Shown here one piece after another: positions 53,919 through 64,000 of a DNA stretch of 64,000 nt. Position numbers and translations under genes: made by a program. A model generated the notes under the pieces. It saw only the letters and a program-made list of their open reading frames with translations, made no database searches and was not told the DNA's origin. Source of the DNA: Octopus sinensis (lineage: Eukaryota); the NCBI RefSeq assembly GCF_006345805.1, contig NC_043011.1, forward strand, positions 50,356,464-50,420,463. Reading direction: 5' to 3'. The number at the start of each line of letters is the position of its first letter. Position 1 is the first letter of the stretch.

Positions 53919-53987
<69 letters not shown>

Positions 53988-54000
53988 AAGATAGATAGAT
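53587..54000. repeat. (GATA)n microsatellite (another at 40445-40590)
   Basis: Direct. Confidence 0.95.
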
Positions 54001-54628
54001 GGATTGGTGGATAAACTGAAAATGAAGGGCACTTCTTATAAAGTTTTTTGAAGTCTTGTAAAGTCTAACATATTCTTTTGTTGTCTTATACTATCTTATA
54101 ATTATTTATTTTGTAATAAAATACTGCGGAGAGACTTTTTGGATACATCCTGTATAACCGGACTACTGTTATTTAACGATGTTGTGAAAGAAAAAATAGG
54201 ACCTTTAAAGTTCTTAAGAGAATTAGATTTGAGATAGGTTATATGAAGGTCGAACCCGACTTCCGAGATGGCGATTTATTTATCGACCTCGGAAGGAAAA
54301 TAAGTAATGTCAACCTCGCCCGGTTTCCAATTCATAATGCAAAAGTCTAGGATGAACACCACTTCACATTTTCAATAACATCTAACGAAAGCTGATAAAT
54401 GAAAAGTTGGAAACGATGACCAATATGCATCGGGCGAAGGAAAAGCAAATCGTACTTCTTGCCGTCCTAATGAAAGCATCGACGGGACAAATTTAGAGTA
54501 TATATATGTATGATTAGCTCCTTCTCTCTCACTCTCTCTCTCTCTCTGCTTCTCCCTCTCTTTTTCTCTTTCTTTCTCTCTCTCTCTCTCTGGATATCAC
54601 ATATATTATATATATAAATCTATATCTA

Positions 54629-54670
<42 letters not shown>

Positions 54671-55747
54671 CATATATGCATATATATGTTGAAAATGTGT
54701 TGTTGAAAATGCACTTAAATTACAAAAACTCGTAAATGTTTAAAATACATTTATTTACATATATACCAAACTACTTTCAACAATATTTTTTGTTTATCAA
54801 TGGTAAAAGTGCAAAATTACAAAAACATCATTATAAGTTTCAATGTTGTTAAATTAAAATGTTTATATATATATAGGTTAGAGAGTTGGTATGTGAAAGT
54901 ATATATACATATATATCTTTGGAAAAAGAAAAAGAATGACTTCACTGGTGGTTCTAATCAGTTTAATCTATTATTTTTATATTTTGTAATAAAATAAATT
55001 TTACACTTTAGATCATAGATCTAGTAAGTTCTTTGTTAACTTGTGTGGGGAGATTTTTTTTTTTTTTTTGATAACTTTTCTATGTTAACTTTTCTGGAGA
55101 ACTTTTTCGCATTCGTTGTCAAACAGATCAGAGGGTTTCGAGCTTTGTGTTTCTATATGTGGGATTTCGGCTGTGTTTGGGGTGGGGGTGGGATTTGTTA
55201 ATCAGAGTGGGAGTAAAAGTGTGTTGAATAAGAGCTGAAAGAAAATAGTGAATGGTCAAAACAAGGTATTTGATTGGGGATGGATTTGGGAGTTGATGGG
55301 GTGTTAAAGGAGTGTTTTTTCAAGCCATTTGAATAGTTCACCTTTGGTGAGAAATATAATGGTCAGATGTTTTTCCAGATTCTTTCTCTTGGTAACTTTC
55401 TATGTTTTAGGTGTATGTCTGGGGTGGTGGTGTTAATGTGATGTAAGATACATGTCTTTTGATAAAAATATTTGTTGATAGAAATGGTTTTTCGATATAT
55501 TTGGGTTTGGGAGGAGAGTGGGGAGATCATTCTAGCTCAGATATTTACTTCCTTACATATAATAAACAAAAGGCATATATACAGACCTCTCTTTCTCTCT
55601 CTCTCTAAATATATATAATACATATATATATATATATATATATATAAATACACATATCTATCTACACATACACATATACATATATATACACACGCAAGTA
55701 CGTATATATTCATATTTACGCACATATATACGTATTTATACACATGC

Positions 55748-55838
<91 letters not shown>

Positions 55839-55992
55839 TTCACGGCAGGAGGTGCAGATGAGGGCAGCTGCGTCGAACTCTCTCATGCACCAAATGGCAA
55901 TTGCTAAAAAGCATTCGTGAAGTAAAATCATGTAGCAACACCAAATGGCGGTGCCCCAGCATGGCCACAGCTTGTGACCTGAAACTAGATAA

Positions 55993-56044
<52 letters not shown>

Positions 56045-56237
56045 ACATATACATACAAATATATGTATATACATACTTATGCATACACACACAGATATTA
56101 TAAACTTGTATGTATACACATATATACACATATTCATAGCTACATACACATGTACATACACACATAAAAAAGTTTCCTCTCCAGCTCATATGCACTCAGA
56201 CTTCTGAACACGTACCCACCATCACCAAAAGATATAC

Positions 56238-56272
56238 GTTTCCGACGAAGAGCTCCGCTCGAAACGTTAAAC
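56238..56272 (+). ncRNA. Minimal hammerhead-like motif, CCGACGA core, zero-loop helix III
   Basis: gttt CCGACGA a gagc-tcc-gctc GAAAC GTT aaac; tail runs into (TA)n at 56373. Confidence 0.6.
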
Positions 56273-56726
56273 CCTCCTTCTTTCTTTCTTTCCTGAGCGT
56301 CCAATAATACTATATTTGTTCCACGTCCTCGCGTTGTTGTGTTTTTTTTTGTGCTTTCTTGTTTGGATTAACTATATATATATATATATACATCCAAATA
56401 GAAGTGGATAACACCAACACTTTCAATCATTCGATTGGTAAACTACCTCAGTGGTAAACTACCATTTCACTAACCCCTCTCCCTACAATGTACATGTGAA
56501 CTTAAATACTTGTGTTGTGTAGGTATGTATACATGTGTGTGGATATATATATATGTGTATATGTTTCCGCTTCATGTGTGGCCATAAATTTAGCATGCAT
56601 CCATCATCATCGTCATCGTCGTTTAACCTCCACATGGAAAGCGAACGTAGGGCTGGGATAATGGTAGCAGTGAGTACGAGTGCGGAGGTATGGCTCCATG
56701 TGAGATGGAGGAGATATTTGTGTAGG

Positions 56727-56858
56727 TGTGTGTATATATATGTGTATGTATGCATGTATGTATGTATATGCACGTGTTTGTGTATGTAGGTATGCATGTG
56801 TGTATATATGTGTATGAGTCTACATATAGGTTTATACATATATGTGTGTATGCGTATG

Positions 56859-56901
<43 letters not shown>

Positions 56902-57930
56902 CGCTATATTAATACATTTGTTTCTTTGTACTCCACCTGCCTTCGTCTTTTGTTTATTTTCGTAAACTTTCCCTTTATATATATATATATATTTGTATGT
57001 GTGTGCGTATATATATGCATGTATACAGATGCGTATATATGTGAGTATTTATGAATATATCCGTGTCTGTGTGTATATATATATATATGTATATGTGTTA
57101 ATGTAGATAGATAGATATATGTATTTATTTATTTATATGTATGTATATTGTTGGAATTTACAAAAAAAAAAGCAAAACAAAAGACAAAGGCGGGTGTGTG
57201 AACAACAAACAAATACATTAGCTTAACGCTCGGAAGTGAGAAAGTTTTTTACGTATCGAGCCTTTGCTTTCCAAAACAGGGGAACACAAAAATAACTGAG
57301 AGAAGATATAAAAGCTTTATGTATGTATGTGAGTGTGTGTATATATATGTGTATGTATGCATGTAGATGTATATGCACGTGTTTGTGTAGTAGGGTGCAT
57401 GTGTGTATATATGTGTATGAGTCTACATATAGGTTTATACATATATGTGTGTATGCGTATGTATATATATAATATATATATATATTTATCATATATATAT
57501 ATGAGCGCTATTAATACATTTGTTTTTTGTACTCCACCTGCCTTCGTCTTTTGTTTATTTTCGTAAACTTCCCTTTATATATATATATATATTTGTATGT
57601 GTGTGTGCGTATATATATGCATGTATACAGATGCGTATATATGTGAGTATTTATGAATATATCCGTTGTCTGTGTGTATATTATATATATGTATATGTGT
57701 TAATGTAGATAGATAGATATATGTATTTATTTATTTATATGTATGTATATTGTTGGAATTTACAAAAAAGAAAGCAAAACAAAAGACAAAGGCGGGTGTG
57801 TGAACAACAAACAAATACATTAGCTTAACGCTCGGGAAGTGAGAAAGTTTTTTACGTATCGAGCCTTTGCTTTCCAAAACAGGGGAACACAAAAATAAAC
57901 TGAGAGAAGATATAAAAGCTTTATGTATGT
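56727..57930. repeat. About 600-bp tandem duplication containing convergent family A PLE tails
   Basis: Two near-identical units differing mainly by small indels. Confidence 0.85.
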
Positions 57931-57949
57931 ATGGAGTGGGTGTATAATA

Positions 57950-57998
<49 letters not shown>

Positions 57999-58045
57999 AA
58001 AACTTACTTGGAGAAATAAGAAAGTGACGCGAGGCGTTCAATCAT

Positions 58046-58403
58046 ATAATAACAATTTAACAAATAAAACATATGCATACATACATACATATATGTACAT
58101 ACCTACATCTATATGTATATATACATGCATATATATATATATAAGAGTACAGGACACCACAAATAAACGTAGAACACAACGAGAAACGAAAACAAAAACA
58201 AACAAGGAAACGGACTTTTTTTAACGTCCGTTCCTGTTTGTTTATGTTTTCGTTTCTCGTTGTGTTCTACGTTTATTTGTGGAGTCCTGTACTCTTATAT
58301 ATATATATATGCATGTATATATACATATAGATGTAGATGTACATATATGTATGTATGTATGATGTATGTATTATCATATGTTTTATTTGTTAATTGTTAT
58401 TAT
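58046..58403. repeat. About 360-bp palindrome centred near 58220
   Basis: taagagtacaggacaccacaaataaacgtagaacacaacgag vs ctcgttgtgttctacgtttatttgtggagtcctgtactctta. Confidence 0.9.
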
Positions 58404-58417
58404 ATATATATTATATA

Positions 58418-58450
<33 letters not shown>

Positions 58451-58624
58451 ATAAATATTAGGGAATAAATCCAAATTTACAGGGAAAAAATCAGATTTAG
58501 GATTAAATCCAATTTTATAGTAAAATATTATATAATATTAATTAGAGACAAAACCACTATTTTGCAAAACAAACAAGGAAGACTTAATCAATACATAAAA
58601 TTTTAATAAAAAGTAAAAAAACCG

Positions 58625-58667
58625 CCACTACAATTGTTTCATGTCTTGATCGACAATCTTCAGGTGG
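58625..58667 (-). ncRNA. Canonical minimal type I hammerhead ribozyme
   Basis: Mirror of 58736-58778. Confidence 0.85.
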
Positions 58668-58735
58668 ATTTCCGATTTTCAAGTCAGTTTCAAATTATGA
58701 AGTCATAATTTGAAACTGACTTGAAAATCGGAAAT

Positions 58736-58778
58736 CCACCTGAAGATTGTCGATCAAGACATGAAACAATTGTAGTGG
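58736..58778 (+). ncRNA. Canonical minimal type I hammerhead ribozyme
   Basis: ccac CTGAAGA t tgtc-gatcaa-gaca t GAAA caatt GTA gtgg; predicted cleavage after 58774. Confidence 0.85.
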
Positions 58779-58892
58779 CGGTTTTTTTTACTTTTTATTA
58801 AAATTTTATGTATTGATTAAGTCTTTCCTGTTTGTTTTGCAAAATAGTGGTTTTGTCTCTAATTAATATTAATATATATATATTAATATATA

Positions 58893-58927
<35 letters not shown>

Positions 58928-60103
58928 AGAGTTGTGTATATATACCTTTGTTTCTTATATGTAGGGAAGTAAACATATGAGAGACTTCTATCAACAAATG
59001 TTTTTATCAAAAGACATGTATCTTACACCTCATTAACACGACCACCCCAAACACGCACCTAGAACATAGAAAGTTACTAAGAGAAAGAATCTGGAAAAAT
59101 AACTGGCCATTATATTTCGCACCAAAAGTCAACTATTCAGGTGGCTTGATAAAACACCCCTTTAAAACTACCACCTCCCGACTCCACCTCCAATCAAGTA
59201 GCTTGTTTTGACCATTCACTATTTTCTTTCAGCTCTTATTCATCAACATTCTTTCACTCCCACACTGTTTAACAAACCCGACCACCACCACCCCCAAACA
59301 CACCACAATCCCATATATAGAATCACAAAGCCCCAAAACCCTCAAATCTATTTGATAAGAGACGCGAGAAAGTTCTCCAGAAAAGTTAACAAGTAATTTT
59401 TGTAAAAAAAATCTCCCCACACAGGTCAACAAAGAATTTCCTAGATCTATGAACTAGTGTAAAATTTTCATCATAAAAAAATTAGAAAAAGATAAATTAA
59501 ACTGATTAGAACTACCAGTGAAATCATTATTTTTCTTTTCTCAAATATACCTAACTGTACCGTGTATCTCACATTTTCATATATATATATATATATATAA
59601 AGAAAACAAAAATGGAACATTGGTTGACATTGGTCAGAGGAATTCAAGGGGAGGTAAATGACAAGTCGCTTCATTAAATTTACATCGAGATAAGAACTTT
59701 GGGACAAATTGGCCAACAGTTGCAATTCAAATCGGGAATGGATTAACAGAAGAATTGCATTACAGTATTAATTCTCATCCATCCTTAACCACTGATCAAA
59801 CACCACGGGGCATGTAGTGATTATAGACGTATCATAGTCATGCTATTTAGTTCTCTTTAGTTTTGGTCCCAATTTCGGGGTTAAAGACAATTTTGTCTTT
59901 TTTTTCGGCATATTTGGCATTAGAATTTTTCTTTTGCCCTTATTTTATAAGTTATTTTATAAGTTAACCTTTAAAGGTATTTTTTGATATGCTGGCCAAT
60001 GAAAAAATTAAAAAAAAAAAAAAAATTAAATCCTACATTAGTTGTATGTATATATATAATATATTATATATATATATAATATATATTATATATATATATA
60101 TAT

Positions 60104-60211
<108 letters not shown>

Positions 60212-60392
60212 ATATACATATATAATATATATATAATATATAATAATAAATATTAGGGAAAATCCAAATTTACAGGGAAAAATCAGATTTAGGATTAAAT
60301 CCAATTTTATAGTAAAATATTATATAATATTATTAGAGACAAAACCACTATTTTGCAAAACAAACAAGGAAAGACTTAATCAATACATAAAA

Positions 60393-60429
<37 letters not shown>

Positions 60430-60435
<6 letters not shown>

Positions 60436-60908
60436 ATAAATGATTCTCTGTGTGTGCCTGTGTGTAATACTTATGCATTTCGACAGCTTTAAACTGATTT
60501 TCACCAAACTTTACACACACATTACATATGTGCCAAGGATGGTCATGCATTATAAGTGTTTGACCTGAAATCCCGCGTAAAGGAAGAAATCGGGAAAAAA
60601 GGTGTTATACACGGGTTTTTCTCTAAAAACTGCAGCTTTCAATCGATTCTCTCCCTTTTCTCATACTCTGTTTCTCTTACTTACATATATTCTCTCTCAT
60701 CCTCAATAAAAGTTCCCCTCTTTCAGTCTGTCCTTCTTTCTTTCCTTCTTTCCTTCTTTCTGTCTTTCCATCCTTCCTTCCTGCCATAGATTCTTTCTGT
60801 TCGACAAAAAGCGGTGCTCCAGCATCGCCACAGTCAAATGACTGAAATAAGTAAAAGAATAAAAACAATGCCATTTTAATCCCGAGCAACGCCTGGTATC
60901 TATGCTAA
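60430..60908 (+). mobile_element. Degenerate Helitron-like element
   Basis: 3' cccgagcaacgcctgg...tgcta resembles the end of 44085-44482. Confidence 0.5.
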
Positions 60909-60935
60909 CGTATGCATATGTGTGTATGTATATAT

Positions 60936-60966
<31 letters not shown>

Positions 60967-61136
60967 CATACATACATACATACATACATACATACATACA
61001 TACAGTTATATGTACACACACATATGCACCCTCACACACACACAATACACACATACACACTAATATCTATATGTGCATACTTGATTTTTAAGTATGTATA
61101 ACATTCCTGAATCTAGATCTGTTTACATATATATAT

Positions 61137-61175
<39 letters not shown>

Positions 61176-61352
61176 CTCATGTGTGCATCTGCAACTAACT
61201 GTGTATGTATGTACTTTTGCATGGATGGGCAAATGTACGTATAGATGTACGCATGCACGCATGGAAGAACGGATACTAATGCAGTTCTAATAAATTTCGA
61301 ACTATAAGTTTTATTTCTCTCCCATCTTTTATTTCCGTTTCCCCAATCTCCC

Positions 61353-61415
<63 letters not shown>

Positions 61416-61930
61416 TCTCACGTTTTCCCCTCTTTTTTTTCTGTCTGTATTCTTCTTTAAAAGTACGTCGTTTTCGTTAATCTGTAGGAATCAAGAGAAT
61501 TAAAAGATAAGGCTATGGAAAATCTGTTTATAAGATAATCATAAACTTTTCCATTCTGCTTCATTACACCTGGGGGTGATATTCAATGACATCATCGTTT
61601 TAATGATAACAGTGTCGTATAGAGGAACATGTTTCGAGTTTCTATTCCGTCGAGAATTTTCTTCGATATCACAAAGGATATTAAACCATTTATAAAAGCA
61701 TGCTTAGATCGATATTGGTTTCGACTAAAAATAAATATTATGAATTATTAAATAACAATTACGATGGTTTCAAATTTTGGCACCAATTTAACTGGTACTT
61801 ATTTTATCGAACAACGAGAGGAAGACAGGTAAAGTTGACTTCAGTGGAATTTGAACTCAGAACGTGGAGATGAACGAAATGCCACTAAGCATGTTGCTCA
61901 GTGCACTAACGAGTCTGTCAGTTTGCCGCC

Positions 61931-61992
<62 letters not shown>

Positions 61993-61994
61993 TA

Positions 61995-62290
61995 GGCTGA
62001 TTGCTACCTAACTCAGATACCAGGAAACCCCAAAATGGCAGAAATTCAAAAGATAGTGCTCATGGGAACAGCTCATATCCTACGCAAAATACTTTTTATG
62101 TAATCTCAGGATTTAAAACAAACATAATTTTTTGGGGGGACATTCACTAGTACAACACCAAAAAAAAAGAACCCAAATATATGGCTCACTAGGCATAACA
62201 AAAACATGAACTTCTAGCCTGTTGTCTCTTGAGGTCTCTGGGTGAGACTTGGAGCCAACTTGTACAGACATAAAGCAAAAGTCAAACATA
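61995..62290 (+). mobile_element. R4/Dong LINE 3' end in (AAT)n
   Basis: IQKIVLMGTAHILRK plus 3'UTR, AAT repeats on both sides. Confidence 0.85.
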
Positions 62291-62315
62291 TAATAATAAT
62301 ATAATAATAATAATA

Positions 62316-62351
<36 letters not shown>

Positions 62352-62982
62352 TTACACATTCTGAAGAAGGCAGGTATCATAGTTTTTAATGATACATAAT
62401 GAACAATTACACAAGTAGTGTCTCTCGTGATTTCTGATTTTAACTGATTGGAAGTGTTACCGTGTACATTATTTTGTCTTGGTATAAAAGATGGGCTACA
62501 GCGAATATTCGACTCAATACCGCAAATCTTCTTGTCAGTTCTTTTACCTTAACTAGTTGACCATGTCCGTCAGTTAGTGGCTGACGATATGTGCATCTCT
62601 GATCACGATCAGAAGTAGTGGGGGAGCATCATAGCCGTGTGTTGAGAGGGATTCTTTGGGGTTTGGATAATTCACCTCTGAAAACATGGGTGTTTCGTTC
62701 AACATCCTTAAACAACCCTTATTCAAGGACCTTTAGAGCGGGATGGGCTACTCTATCTGAACAAAATTCTAACTGGGTTCCACCTGCAAGGTCATGCGTT
62801 GTTTATCTTGATATGAGATCACCATGTCGCGCACATATGGTTGTGATGCATGTGCCTAGTGTACCCTTATCAGACGGGTAGTCATGATGGGTATACTGGG
62901 ATTCGTATATTTTACCCCAGTATCACTTTGATGGCATACACTGCTCTGTCACTCAATAATAATAATAATAGTAGCAGTATTA

Positions 62983-63074
<92 letters not shown>

Positions 63075-63096
63075 CCTTTCAACTATAAGCACAAGG

Positions 63097-63500
63097 GGCT
63101 GATTGTTGCCTATCTCAGATACAACGAAATACAAAAATGGAAAATATTTTTAAAATAGTGCTCATGGGAACCGCTCATATCCTTCGGAAAATATTGTCTT
63201 TCTAATCCCCGAAACATTTTAATCTGTAAACATTATCAAAAGTATTTTTAAATTTTCATAACAGCACACACCTGTTATTGCTCTCTTAAGATCACACACT
63301 CATCAAATTACTTTTAAAACAAACTTCTAAATTTCTTATGCTTTGACAGACATTCTCAAGAACAATACTCTGTACAAAACCAAATATATGGCATCCTATT
63401 CATAACACCAACTTTCACTTCTAGCTTGTTGTCTCTTGAGGTCACTAGGTGACACTTGGAATTAACTTGTACAAATACAAAGCAAAAGAAACCATGAAAT
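63097..63500 (+). mobile_element. R4/Dong LINE 3' end, second copy
   Basis: IVLMGTAHILRK; 3'UTR similar to 62175-62285; ends in AAT. Confidence 0.8.
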
Positions 63501-63522
63501 AATGATATTAATAATAATAATA

Positions 63523-63579
<57 letters not shown>

Positions 63580-63580
<1 letters not shown>

Positions 63581-63985
63581 TAGTTGTCACAGATTATCAA
63601 GAAAAATGTGTTTTCTAATTGATGTACCAATACCAACAGATGACAATGTTTCTCTAAAAGAAATGGAGAAACTTTCAAAATACAAAGACGTAGCAATAGA
63701 GGTAACTGGAATGTGGAGTCTAAAAACAAACAATTCCTATCAAAGTAGGCGAATTAGGTATGATAAAAAATGTTCAGACAAATACATAACAAAAACACCA
63801 GGACTAACAAGTATATATATAACATACAAAAAATAGCTCTACTAGGCACCGCACATATCCTACGTAAAACACTTTCAATACAATAAAAATAAGAGCGTCA
63901 TAACAAACCACAGCACAAGCCCAAGGCACACAGAGCTATGCTCGGTAGTGCAGTGAAAACACGTGATAAAAATAAGAATTCGGAG
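63580..63985 (+). mobile_element. R4/Dong LINE restriction-like endonuclease 3' fragment after (AAT)n
   Basis: CFLIDVPIPTDDNVSLKEMEKLSKYKD, IQKIALLGTAHILRK. Confidence 0.88.
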
Positions 63986-64000
63986 ACCCCCTTCGGTCAC

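Larger units (their letters stand above)
58533..58871. mobile_element. Near-perfect 340-bp palindromic PLE-like terminus (2-nt loop at 58701-58702) in TA tracts; HHR-less tail copy at 60244-60400
   Basis: Direct arm-to-arm match. Confidence 0.88.
54920..59540. repeat. About 560-bp diverged inverted repeat pair (54920-55483 / 58987-59540), possibly PLE 3' remnants
   Basis: Collinear reverse-complement match, e.g. aataagagctgaaagaaaatagtgaatggtcaaaa vs ttttgaccattcactattttctttcagctcttatt. Confidence 0.85.

Overview
AT-rich, repeat-saturated eukaryotic non-genic or intronic DNA. The SINE, LINE and microsatellite repertoire looks like an octopod cephalopod (Octopus-like); this is an inference from repeat recognition. 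I could not support any intact host gene, and nearly all listed ORFs are translations of microsatellites. Recognisable content: tRNA-derived SINEs of at least 4 families, decayed LINEs (RTE, CR1/L2 group, R4/Dong), DNA transposons (mariner, Tc1, DD41D-like, hAT-Charlie, Helitron), long microsatellites and one 100-N gap. Main finding: at least 10 well-formed and about 6 degenerate type I hammerhead ribozyme (HHR) motifs, all folded by eye. Most lie in short Penelope-like terminal elements inserted in (TA)n tracts, several as fold-back palindromes carrying an HHR on each strand. Recurring non-canonical cores (CCGANGA, CUGUNGA, UUGAAGA) occur with palindromic or zero-loop helix III. One HHR is fused behind a tRNA-SINE head. 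An unexplained, highly structured element with a pseudoknot lies at about 9.0-9.3 kb.
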